Below, piece by piece: positions 52,222 to 64,000 of a stretch of 64,000 nucleotides of DNA. The notes under the pieces are model-generated. The model did not search any database. It was given only the letters and a program-made list of their open reading frames with translations, and was not told where the DNA came from. Numbering within the stretch: position 1 is the first letter of the stretch; the number at the start of each line of letters is the position of its first letter. A program made the position numbers and the translations under genes. This DNA is from Octopus sinensis (lineage: Eukaryota), in contig NC_042998.1 of assembly GCF_006345805.1 (NCBI RefSeq), positions 26,102,001 to 26,166,000 of the forward strand, read 5' to 3'.

Positions 52222-52807
52222 ATGGGGACACCTATCTGTCCATGCACATGTGTGGTCAGTTTTGGCAAGGTTTTTATAGCTGAATGCCCTTCCAAATGCC
52301 AACCACTTTACAATGTGGACTGGGTGCTTTAAAGTGGCACCTGCACTGACAGGGTCACCAAATACTCAAAACGCTGTGATGGGGACGCCTATTCGTCCAT
52401 TATAAATAATGTACATAATTTCTCATCTCAAAAATATAGAACAGAAACATATGCTATTTTAATGAACAGAAACACATTTTGGTAATGGCACTAAATACCT
52501 GTCTCAATGATACAGTTATGGGCCATATAAAAGGGACATATTTAGTATTCATCATCATCATCATCATCATCATCACCACCACCATCATCATCATTATCAT
52601 CATCGTTTAACGTCCACTTTCCATGCTAGCATGGGTTGTACGATTTAACTGAAAAATGGCGAACCAGATGGCAGCACCAGGCTCCAATTTGATCTGGCAG
52701 TTTCTACAGCTGGATGCCCTTCCTAACACCATATATGTAGTATTGTTTCCTGCATAATTTTACACTAGTTCATATTGCTCCTACAAACATTTCACATACG
52801 TTAAAGT

Positions 52808-53360
52808 TTAACTTTTCAGCATTTGGATTACTCTGTCAAATGTAATTCTTATCTATTGACATTGTTTCGAATCAATCGTGCATTATGTCAAGAAGAGGAA
52901 AACATCGTCACACTTACATCAACGACATGACTACAAACACTGGCCTGGAATGCATCCAGGACATTGAGGCAGTGATGATGGACTGAAAAGTGTGGCAGGT
53001 AGACTTTGTTGCTGTGGCCTGGGTTAGAACCCAGACACGGTAAAATAGTAATGTCACAGCTTTGAAATTTTGAGGATTTTGAAGAGGCCAGGGAACAGAA
53101 GAAAGGGGAGGCCCCACCACGTCAAAATGGTAGAGGAGTAGGGGCCGATACCGGACGTGGTTCCTCCTGATGATGTCTTGAGCTAACTGGATCCTATAAA
53201 GGAGCTGTTGTGGTAGCAGACCACGAAACACGGTTGTAATTCCTTCATTATTAGAATGATATTGTAAGGAAGGTGTGAGAGGCTTGATCTGACCAGTTTG
53301 AACATTAACCAGGTAGGCTATTTGGGCTGAATATGGCCTGTTTAGATGCTAAAGGGTTAA
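52808..53360. mobile_element. piggyBac-type MITE split by an RTE-like LINE 3' fragment (~52890-53045)
   Basis: The MITE halves match 34121-34349. The insert translates RGKHRHTYINDMTTNTGLECIQDIEAVMMD*KVW, like the RTE C-terminus at 41210-41647. Confidence 0.6.
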
Positions 53361-54254
53361 AGAATTAAGAAGCATTGTTAAAATTATACCACAGATTATT
53401 ATTTCAAATTGCTTTGCTGATTCCTTCTGCAGTCAAACCTTAAGCATATACTTCTGTATAAAACTGGCTAATGAATGCCATCTAATTAATTTTGCAAATG
53501 GAAATTTGTAAATGAAGATACAGAAAGGAAATTACTTGAAGTGTATGAAAATCAGATGAGAATTCATTGAGATTTTTAAATGCAATCAACAGAAGATTCT
53601 CAAATTGTAGTCATTAAGCAATTTGTTATTTTGAAATGTTATTGTGAAAAATATTAATACAGATACTAATTTTGAATAAAAGCCCACAAATAATGATGCA
53701 CAAGAGGACAGAAGATTTCATTGAGGTATTTAAGTGTCCTTTTAACAATGTCCTTATTGAAACAGAACCAGAAAATCAAGTTTACTTACTAAAACTCTAC
53801 TTTAAAAACCATGGCTTTACAGAATTAATATTTTCATAATTCTGAAATTATTTTCTTGCTAGAGACGAAATACTTTTATGTGTGGTTCAAAATTATACAA
53901 AAAACAAAAGACAGAGGCAGGTGAGGGAACGACAAACAGGAGGTGTATTAGTTTGATATGCAGGGAAAATGGAAGAGTCTTTGATGTTTTGAGTCTATGC
54001 TCTTCTACAGAAAGGTTTGAGAAGAAAAATTGATGGAGAGAGGAAAAAAAGAAGAGAGACAAAAAGTGTTTGGATTAACGATTGCACATGTTGAATTGAA
54101 TATATTCTGCTGAAGGCTTCAAATATTTCTGAATATGCTTTGTGTATCAAGTCATCCACATGTTACTGGCCTAAATGTTTTGGAGAGAATTTCAAAAGCA
54201 ACAGTCAACCAAACACAGACAATGCAAGTTTGAGAAAGGTTCGTCTACTATATA

Positions 54255-54870
54255 ATAATAATAATAATGAAATTATTGTATACAGTGCTCAGGTGCACCA
54301 CAACTTGTCAAAAGTGCATATAAAGCACATGCAGTAATGTACGAATGTCTGGAAAGTGAACAGTGTATGAGTCAGATACATGCTTGCGTGTGTATGGAGG
54401 GGAGAAAATCAGGTGTAGTGTTGGCGAATCTCAGGAAGCATGGAAGTTTTGAAGGATGCAGTGCTCCGACAACTAACAACTGATGTCAGCAGTTTGTTCC
54501 ATACTTCAGCAACTTTTAGTGTGCAAAAATGTTTCCGAGAGTCATGGGAGCTGTGCTGTTTTCTAACTTTGAAAATATGTCCACAGGTGTTAGACAGGTG
54601 GAATTTGAAAAGGTGCTCAGAGTTATTGTTAGTAAGATGGTTAATAATTTTATGGGTGTCTGCCAAGTCAGCTGCCAGACGTCGGAGTTTCAAATGTGTA
54701 AATGTGTGACCTTTTGAAGATTCCTTTTTTGGCCTCAGATCGTATCCTACTTCCTTAAAGAAAGTAAATGCTGGATAAGAGGTATCTGAAAAAGAAGAAC
54801 AAAATATGGCTGGGATGTTCATGATTGGAACACTTACAATTATGCAGCTAAACAACATCAAGCAGTGTAA
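54255..54870 (-). mobile_element. CR1-clade LINE 3' end
   Basis: LKLRRLAADLADTHKII..NTCGHIFKVRK..RKHFCTLKVAEVWNKL..VVSCRSTASFK is the CR1 C-terminal pattern (RR.R.DL..YKI..TRGH..KL..R..FF..RV...WN.LP..VV...S...FK). It has an (ATT)-type tail. Confidence 0.85.
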
Positions 54871-55498
54871 GAATTTGGTGTTTTTGATATATATGCACAG
54901 GTGTAGTTATGTGTAGTTTGCTTCCTAACCATGTGGTTCCAGGTTCAGTCCCACTGCATGGTACCTTGGGCGAGTTTCTTCTGCTATAGCTTTGGACTGA
55001 CCAAAACCTTGGAGTGAATTTGGTAAAAGAAAACTGAAAAAAAGCCCATTGTGTGTGTGTGTGTATGTGCGTCTTTGTGTCTGTTTGTCCTCCAGTTCTG
55101 ATTGACAACCGGTATTGGTATGTTTACATCCCTATAACTAAGTGGTTTGACAAAAGAGACCAACAGAATAAGTCCCATGCTTAAAAAAAGGAAAACGGTA
55201 CTGGGGTTAATTCATTTGACTAAAATTCTTCAAAATGATGCCCCAGTATGGCCACAGTCTAATGACTGAAACAAGGAAAAGATAAAAGATATGATTTAAA
55301 GCAACCTTAGAGTATAGCAATAGAGTACAGCAATGACATTTTTCATCCATCTTTACATTCTGAGTTCAAATTCCACCAAGGTCAACTTTGCCTTTCATCC
55401 TTTCAAGGTCAATGAAATAAGTATCAGTTGAACACTGATGTTGAAGTAATTGATTTACCTCTTCCCCTGGTATTGCTGGCCTTGTGCCAAAATTTGAA

Positions 55499-55540
<42 letters not shown>

Positions 55541-55925
55541 GAGTGAGCGAGCAGAGCATGCCATCAAAGTGACACTGGGGTAAAATATACGAAGCCCAGT
55601 ATACCCATCATGACTACCCGTCCGATAAGGGTACACAAGGCACATGCATCACAACCATATGTGCGCGACATGGTGATCTCATATCAAGATAAACAGCACA
55701 TGACCTTGCAGGTGGAGCCCAGTTAGAATTTTTTCAATCGAGTACCCATCCCGCTCAAAAGGTCCCTGAATAAGGGTTGTTTAAGGACGTTGAACGAAAC
55801 ACCTAGTTGTCCAGAGGTGAATTATTCAAACCCCAAAGAATCCTTCTCAACACATGGCTATGATGCGCCCCCCCTACTTCTGCGCTGATCAGAGATGCAA
55901 TATCGTCAGCCATTATTATTATTAT

Positions 55926-55986
<61 letters not shown>

Positions 55987-56540
55987 GAGTGAGAGAGCAG
56001 TGCATGCTATCAAAGTGATACTGGGGTAAAATATACGAAGCCCAGTATACCCCTCATGACTACCCATCTGATAAGGGTGCACAAGGCACATGCATCACAA
56101 CCATATGTGCATGACATAGTGATCTCATTTCAAGATAAACAGCACATGACCTTGCAAGTGGGGCCCAGTTAGAATCTTCTTCTGGTCGAGTAACCCATCC
56201 CGCTCAAAAGGTCCCTGAATAAGGACTGTTTAAGGATGTTGAATGAAACACCCATGTTTCCAGAGGTGAATTATTCAAACCCCAAAGAATCCCTCTCAAC
56301 ACATGTTTATGATGTTCCCTCACTACTTCTGCTCATGATCAGAGATGCACATATCGTCAGCCACTAAGGGACATGCTCATTTGGTTAAGGTCAAGCAACT
56401 GGCAAGCAAATCTGTGGTATTGAGCAGAATATTTGCTGTAGCCTATCTTTTATACCAAGACAAAACAATGTACATGATAACACTTCCAATCAGTTAAGAT
56501 CAGGAGCCACAAGAATCACTGCATGGTACTGCATCAGGGC

Positions 56541-56552
<12 letters not shown>
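55541..56552 (-). mobile_element. Two tandem family-E elements (55541-55912 truncated; 55987-56552 full), each set in an (ATT)n array
   Basis: Both start gagtgag.gagcag.gcatgc.atcaaagtga.actggggtaaaatatacgaagccc and are reverse complements of 12416-12958. Confidence 0.85.
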
Positions 56553-56573
<21 letters not shown>

Positions 56574-57234
56574 CATTAAAGTGGCGAGCTGGCAGAAATA
56601 TTAGCACGCTGGGTGAAATGCTTAGCAGTATTTTGTCTGTGTTTACATTCTGAGTTCAAATTCCACCAAGGTTGACTTTCAGGGTCGATGAATTAAGTAC
56701 CAGTTGTGTACTGGGGTTGATCAAATTAACTGGATCCCTCCCCAAAATTTTTAGGTCTCGTGCCTAGAGTAGAAAAGAATATTTTAAATGGGAAAGGCAG
56801 CGAGATGTCAAAAATGTTAGCATACTGGGCGAAAAATTCCGCTGAGGTCGACTTTGCCTTTCATCATTTTGGAGTCAATGAATTAAGTACCAGTTGTGTA
56901 CTGGGGTCGATCTAATCGACTGTCCCCCCCCCACCTTTACTCCCCCAAAAATTTCAAACCTTGTGCCTAGAGTAGAAAAGAATATTATTATCTATCTAAC
57001 GATAATGACAAAACTTAAAACTATTTCTTTGCAGTGATATGCTGGTGCCACAATAAAATTCACCCAGTACATTTAGGTAAAGTGTGGAAGATAGGAAGAG
57101 CATCCAGCAATTGCAACGAAGCCAAAAATGAAACATATTAAATGAAACATGCTAAAAGGGCAGTAACTTTGAAAAAAAAAACTGGCTTTCATTGTGATGA
57201 GTCACCTAACCCATGAGGGCATGGAATGCAAACA

Positions 57235-57455
57235 TAAGATGATGATGATGATGATGATGATGATGACGATGATGATGATGATGATGACAATGATGATGAT
57301 GATGATGACGACGATGATGATGACGATGATGAAGACAATGATGACGATTATGATGATGACGATGACGATGATGACAATGATGCTGGTGATGATGATGATT
57401 ATGGTGATGATGCTGACACCAATGCCGCCGATGATGATGATCATCATCATTATGG
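57235..57455. repeat. Degenerate (GAT)n microsatellite
   Basis: Direct inspection. Confidence 0.95.
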
Positions 57456-57549
57456 TTCGAAGATGCTACCTTCTCGTTATTAGATGCCTTTAGCAAACGC
57501 TACAAATGTTGCAGGCATTCAATCATTAATCTCAGTTTCATAGAGTGAG

Positions 57550-57618
57550 TGATGGAAAGAGAGAGGGTGGGGAGAGAAAGAGAGGGGGGAGAAAGAAAGA
57601 AAGAAACAAACAAACAAA

Positions 57619-57660
<42 letters not shown>

Positions 57661-57672
57661 AGGAAGGAAGGA

Positions 57673-57704
<32 letters not shown>

Positions 57705-57744
57705 AAAAAAGAAAGAAAGAAAGAAAAAAAGAAAGAAAGAAGGA

Positions 57745-57783
<39 letters not shown>

Positions 57784-57790
57784 GCAGGAG
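57550..57790. repeat. (GAAA)n polypurine microsatellite
   Basis: Direct inspection. Confidence 0.95.
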
Positions 57791-58077
57791 AGCACCATAT
57801 AAATGTATGAGAAATTTAATATTTATTACCTGATGTTTATTCTTTCACCGGAATGAAATATCTGAACAGTTAGGCATTCATCCTTTTTTTTGTTTGTGCT
57901 ATGGTTACTGGTTTATGATGTTTCAATAATTGTTATAGGACACAAGGAAAAAAAATATATATTTGTATTTAGAATCCTGCAATCAAGTCAGAGAGCTGAG
58001 ACTCCAAATCCACAGGTGATAAATATAGATGGAGATATAGATAAAAGGAAAAAATACATAAAAATAAACAATAAGTG

Positions 58078-58885
58078 ACTGTGTGGTAAGAAGTTTGCTT
58101 CCCAACTACATGGTTCTGGGTTCAGTCCTACTGTGAGGTATCTTGGGTAAGTGTCATCTACTATGGCCTCGGGTCAACCAAAGCCTTGCGAGTGGATTTG
58201 GTAGATGGAAAAACTAAAAGAAACTATTTACCCCCACAACCATCACTTGACACCGATGTTGGTATGCTCATGTCCCCATAACTTAGTGGTTCGGCAAAAG
58301 AACCGATAGAATAAGTTCTAGGCTTACAAAGAATAAGTACTGGGGCCGATTTGTTCAACTAAAGGTGGTGCTCCAGCATGGCCGCAGTCAAATGACTGAA
58401 ACAAATAAAAGAAGAAAAGAATATGTATGTATTGGTAAGTCTATGCTTGTCGCTCCCAGACACACACACCATCACTTGACAACCAGTGTTGGAGTGTTTA
58501 TGTCCCTGTAACTTAGCGGTTTGGCAAAAAGGACCGATAGAATAAGTACTAGGCTTACAAAGAATAAGTCCTGGGTTGATTTGATCAACTAAAGGTGGTA
58601 CTCCAGCATGGCCACAGTCAAATGACTGAAACAAGTAAAGCAATAAAACAATATGCATGTATTTGTGAGTGTGTGTTTGTCACCCCCACACACACACCAT
58701 CGCTTGACAACCAGTGATGGTGTGTTTACATCCCCGTAACTTAGCAGTTTGGCAAAAGAGATCGATAGAATAAGTACTAGGCTTAAAAAGAATAAGTCCT
58801 GGGGGCGATTTGTCCGACTAAAGGTGGTGTTCCAGCATGGCCACGGTCAAATGACTGAAACAAATAAAATAGATAAAAGAAATAA
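58078..58885 (+). mobile_element. Family-A SINE with one head and three tandem 3' bodies (~225-bp period)
   Basis: caccatc.cttgaca.cc..gtaacttagc..gatagaataagt..ctccagcatggcc..aatgactgaaacaa occurs three times. Confidence 0.85.
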
Positions 58886-59580
58886 ATAAAACAAGCAGGT
58901 GGGTATATCAGTTGGTGATTAATGCCATATTTATTTCTTTATTGCCCACAAGGGGCTAAACATAGAGGAGACAAACAAGGACAGACAAATGGGTTATGTC
59001 AATTACATCAACCCCTGTGCATAACTGGTACTTATTTAATCGAACCGAAAAGGATGAAAGGCAAAGTCGACCTCGGTGGAAATTGAACTCAGAACGTAAT
59101 GGCAGATGAAATACTGATAAGCATTTCACCCAGCTTGCTAATGATTCCGCCAGCTCCCCACCTTTGGTGCATAGCACTATATGCCTTCTTAAAGTGTTGA
59201 GCTGGTGGAACCATTAGCATGCTGGGCAAGTTGCTTAGCAGCAATTTGTCCATCTTAACATTCTGAGTTCAAATTCCACTGAGGTTAACTTTGCCTTTCA
59301 TCCTTTCGTTCTTTTCAATGAAATATATTCCAACCATTTCTGCCAGAGTTCAGTTGACTAGAAGTGTACAGAAAATTTCGTGTGAATAAATACGAATGAA
59401 TCAAAAAGTTTAAGCCATCGTTTTGTGTCCAATCATAAAAATCCTACATACCATTCAACCCATGCTGGCATGAAAAACAGACATTAAATGATGAAGATGA
59501 TGACAACGATGATGACAACTCTTCCTCCTGAAACCATTCTAATATCCAACAGTAACTATGCAACCAAAGTGAACTAATAT

Positions 59581-59984
59581 AGGCGCAGGAGTGGCTGTGT
59601 GGTAAGTAGCTTGCTTACCAACCACATGGTTCCGGGTTCAGTCTCACTGAGTGGCACCTTGGGCAAGTGTCTTCTACTATAGCCTCGGGCTGACCAAAGC
59701 CTTGTGAATGGATTTGGTAGACGGAAACTGAAAGAAGCCCGTCGTATATATGTGTGCGTGTATGTTTGTGTGTCTGTGTTTGTCCCCCTAGCATTGCTTG
59801 ACAACCGATGCTGGTGTGTTTACGGCCCTGTCACTTAGCGGTTCAGCAAAAGAGACCCATAGAATAAGTACTGGGCTTACAAAGAATAAGTCCCGTGGTC
59901 GAGTTGCTCGACTAAAGGCGGTGCTCCAGCATGGCCGCAGTCAACTGACTGAAACAAGTAAAAGAGTAAAAGAGTAAAAGAGTA
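59581..59984 (+). mobile_element. SINE family A, full-length reference copy
   Basis: aggcgcaggagtggctgtgtggtaag (A box), gggttcagtc (B box), an internal (GT)n and a (TAAAAGAG)n tail. Confidence 0.93.
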
Positions 59985-60849
59985 ATAAGACCAAAACATG
60001 TCTGGAATTGTCATGATACTGTTGAAGATCAGAGGGTCTAATAGAGAGGTAAGGTTTGGCCAGTCTATTGGTCTGTGACCTAATTAGCCAAGGAAGGAGG
60101 TGGAGGGAGTGCCTCTACATATCTGACATACCTTAGAGCTTACTTAAATTTTAAAAGAATTGTCTTCATTCAATATTTCAAAAACCATCATACACGATTT
60201 TCTCAGAGACCCTGAAGATCAGCTTTACCTTAATTTCACATTCTCATTAAATTCCATTTTTAATCAATTTTAATTAAAATTTTGGAGTTGTCTTCCCTTG
60301 ACTAGTTTTTATCAAGGTCGTTTAGAAAATAATGGCTGTCATAATAACTAAGGCATAATTTTAATTAACAAAAATTTGTCAGCTTATTACATCACATATG
60401 CTAATGTTCGTGTTAGTATTAGCTGCATTAGCCTCAATCTGTTATCCTAGTTACTGATTTTAAGAAAACTACAAATGGTTTTTGGGTACAGCTCACCTTC
60501 CCTAGATAAAAATTAAAGAAAATTGGAAAGCAAGCTCAATTTATCTTATGAAAAGAATTATTATTAATCCAGATTGTATCCATAACTCTATCATATTTGA
60601 ATTATATAGCTTTTAAATGCCACTTATCACAGCATAATCACTTTATTACTAAACAGATTTATGACACATTCAATAACAACCTATGTTAAAATGTCTAATG
60701 ATTAATTAGACTTGAATCTCCATAACAAACTAACTACGAAATAAAAAATTTTTTTAAATAGGAAAGCAAAGCATTACTGCTTAACTGTTTAGATATTTCA
60801 TTCAGGTGAAAAACTAAACTACAGGTAATAAATATTAAATTTCTTATAC

Positions 60850-61370
60850 ATTTATCTCTCTCTCTCTTTCTTTCTTTCTTTCTGCCTTTTCTCCTTTACC
60901 CTCTCTTTTTCTCCTCTCTCTCTCTCTCTCACTTTCATGCCCTCTCTCTTTTTCTCCAACTCTTACTTCCCCTCCCTGTCTCCCTCTCTCTCTCATTTTC
61001 TCTTTCTCCCCTTTCTCTCTTCCCTCTCTCTTTATCTCCTCTCTCTTTCTTTTTCTCCTACACCCACTCCCCCTCTCTCCTCTTTTTCCCCCCTTTTCTC
61101 ACTTTCTCTCCTACTCTCACTTCCTCTCTCCCTCTCACTTTCTCCCTTCCCCCTCTAGCTCTTTTTCTCCCCTTTTCTCTCTTTCTTTTCCTCCTACTCC
61201 CACTCCCCCTCTCTCCTCTTTCTTCTCCTTTCTCTTGTCCTCTTTCTCTCCTACTCTCATCCCCTCGCCCTCTCACTTTCTCCCCCTTTCTCTCTTCCCC
61301 TCTCTCTTTTTCTCCTGCTCTCACTCCCCACCCCCTCTCACTTTCTCTCTTTCTCTTCACTACCTGATCT
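60850..61370. repeat. ~520-bp polypyrimidine (CT-rich) tract
   Basis: Direct inspection. Confidence 0.9.
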
Positions 61371-61825
61371 ATGAACCTGAGATTAAATGGCTACCTTTCA
61401 GCTTTTACTTTTTAATTCCTTTATGAAAATCAAAAACAGTTCCAACATAAACCCTGGATGGCTTTAATTCTTCATTGGATGTGTGATAAAGCTGCTGCTG
61501 CTTCGTACTATATTAAATCCATGAAATTGGATATCTATATCAATTCTATTTATCTCATTTACACTCTTAATTTAGAAGCTTTACATTAGAACATTCCCTC
61601 TTTCCTCCTCTCCACCATCAAGCATACGCACATTCATGCAATCACACACACACACACACACACACACGTATGCACATACACAAGTCCATTGCCCCATGCA
61701 AAATTATATTTTAGCTAGTCCCCTCAAATTATCAGTTTCTAGGGAAAGACACAATTTTTCCACCTCATCATTCTTGAAGATGTCAGGGTAAAGGTTTTCA
61801 CTGTATCTGACAGATAAGACGTTCT

Positions 61826-62172
61826 TTTATTAACTCCACTTTAGCAAAGTCAGAGATATTGTTTTCAGTCATGTTTGTTTGTTTGTTTGTCCATGGACAA
61901 AATATCTCAAGAACTGCTGGATGGATTCGGATGAAACTTTCAGGGATGTTTGACCTCATGACTGGCAAGAACTGATTAGATTTGGGGATTGATCTAGTAA
62001 TGGATAAGGATTCTGGATTATTTTCCAAGTTTTTTTACTTAATTTTTGAGAGTGGTAAGGTTCGTTTTTAGTATCCCCATTTGTGAGAGCAGTTGAGTTT
62101 ATTTCAGAAATTCTTATCATTAAGAGGACGTTGGTGTTGTCTTGGCAGAGGTTTGCATTCTCTGAGTGCTCA
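61826..62172 (+). mobile_element. Non-autonomous Helentron-associated element (HINE/DINE-1-like)
   Basis: 5' ttataactccacttagc.. hairpin remnant, a (GTTT)n microsatellite, aatatctcaagaactgctggatggattcggatgaaacttt, a subterminal ttggcagagg and a 3' hairpin gcattctctgagtgc. Confidence 0.65.
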
Positions 62173-62804
62173 TGCTTTTTTATTCTTTTACTTGTTTCAA
62201 TAATTTGACTTATTCTTTGGAAGCCTAGTACTTATTCTGTTGCTCTCTTTTGCCAAACCACAAAGTTACGGAGATGTAAACACACCAACATCATTTGTCA
62301 AGTGATGATGGTATGGGGGACAAACACAGACACACAAACATGCACACACACAGACACACATACACACCCATATATAAATATATGATGGGCTTTTTTCAGT
62401 TTCCGTCTACCAAATTCTCTCACACCCCATCGTATATATGTATATATATGTATGTGTATGTATATATTTCTGTGTCTGTGTTTGTCCACCCAACTTCACT
62501 TGACAACCGATGCTGGTGTGTTTACATCCCTGTAACTTAGCGGTTCGGCAAAAGAGACTGATAGAATAAGTACTAGGCTTACAAAGAATAAGTCCTGGGG
62601 TCGATTTGCTCGAAGGTGATGCTCCAGCATGGCCACAGTCAAATGACTGAAACAAGTTAAAGAGAGTAAAGAGAGTATACCATATATCTATAAAACATGT
62701 ATGTTGTTCCTTGTCACATCATAAAGACACTTTTTTTAATAATGTAAGGTTTATTAGAAAAATACCAATCTGTGGTTATGTTCTTTTTCTTTCTTTTTTT
62801 TTTT

Positions 62805-63215
62805 TTTACTTGTTTCAGTCATTTTGACTGCGGCCATGCTGGAGCACCGCCTTTAATCGAGCAACTCGACCCTGGGACTTATTCTTTGTAAGCCCAGTAC
62901 TTATTCTATCGGTCTCTTTTGCCGAACTGCTAAGTGACGGGGGACATAAACACACCAGCATCGGTTGTCAAGCAATGCTAGGGGGACAAACACAGATACA
63001 CAAACATACACGCACACACACACACACACATATATATATATACATATATATGACGGGCTTCTTTCAGTTTCCGTCTACCAAATCCAATCACAAGGCTTTG
63101 GTTGGCCTGAAGCTATAGTAGAAGACACTTGCCCAAGGTGCCACGCAGTGGGATTGAACCCGGAACCATGTGTTTGGTAAATAAGCTACTTACCACACAG
63201 CCACTCCTGCACCTA
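62805..63215 (-). mobile_element. SINE family A, full length
   Basis: Reverse complement of 59581-59984. Confidence 0.92.
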
Positions 63216-63479
63216 TATTGTCTCAATTGTTTGTTTTTTTTAAATATATCTTTCATTAGAATATTGTGCATTTGGAATATTGTGCAATCATACCTCCAGG
63301 TGTAGGTACAATGTTTTGTAAATGCCATTCAATTTAAGACAGATAGCATGTTTGGTATATATGACATTCTTTGTCCCTATAAAATAACACTGTATGCTTT
63401 TAAGATTGGAAGAATTACAGAACAAAGACTAGTCAGACAAAGTTCACATGACAGCTTGCAGCAACAGTGTGGCAACATC

Positions 63480-63880
63480 TAAATGGCTGCAGATCCTGAC
63501 AAAATTAAAGGAATCAATAAGAACATGAAGAATGAGAAACAAATCAAAGATGATATTATCAAGTCTAAATCAGAAGGAAATATCAGAGTGGAATGTTTCC
63601 TAGAACACTATATTGATGTGTACTGCAGAAAGAATATTGTCCAAGTCCTGCTTTTGATTCAATTAAACTTCAACTAATCTTCAAAAGCTATATGAACCGC
63701 CACTTGTGAGGGAATTAGGAAAAACCATTGACTTCTTTACAAATGGAAAGGCTTCTGGTAATGATATAATTTCTCTCGTAATTGCCTTTAGTAGTACTCG
63801 TTGATTGTTACAATAGCTGACAAAAATCAGGCAACATCTCTGCTTCAAATTTTGCATTAAATTTTGTAGATCAACAACTG
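63480..63880 (+). mobile_element. Highly decayed RTE-clade LINE fragment (linker upstream of RT)
   Basis: VECFLEHYIDVYCRKNIV and PLVRELGKTIDFFTNGKASGNDII resemble ERW.EHY.ELY.REN.V and PT.EEL.KAID.L..GKAPG.D.IP of RTE elements. Confidence 0.6.
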
Positions 63881-64000
63881 AAGAGTTTTTAAAAATGCTT
63901 TGTCAGGGTTTTGCCAAATATTTTATTTCATTTTATTTTATTTATTTTGGATGAAACATCAGTTTTTGATTTGGCATTTCTTTCAAGGCCTGCCAAGCAT

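Noticed and set aside
59581-59660. tRNA genes at SINE heads (also ~1912, 40417, 42790, 56580)
   Set aside because: A/B-box-like motifs are present, but I could not see a complete cloverleaf and they run into SINE bodies.
60160-60560. Possible Tc1-like transposon remnant (also 22290-22660)
   Set aside because: Only a few residues of resemblance and no TIR pair identified.

Overview
AT-rich, repeat-saturated animal DNA. The SINE families and the density of (TA)n/(TACA)n/(AAT)n/(GAT)n microsatellites strongly suggest an octopus (coleoid cephalopod) genome; this is inference from repeat content. I found no complete protein-coding gene. Nearly every ORF in the supplied track is a microsatellite, a SINE, a satellite or a decayed transposon. 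Supportable content: four tRNA-derived SINE families (A-D here); relics of RTE, CR1 and two restriction-like-endonuclease (R4/Dong-like) LINEs; mariner fragments; piggyBac-type and palindromic MITEs; a Helentron-type HINE; and a decayed hAT (Charlie/Buster-like) transposase at about 34.4-40.2 kb. That transposase is split by about 90 copies of a 46-bp satellite whose monomer is a piece of the transposase itself. Other notable structures: three minimal hammerhead-ribozyme-like motifs, a 555-bp-arm inverted duplication, snap-back palindromes at SINE 5' truncation points, and an 810-bp tandem duplication containing a candidate exon. A few short plus-strand segments with good splice sites may be exons of an unidentified host gene (low confidence).
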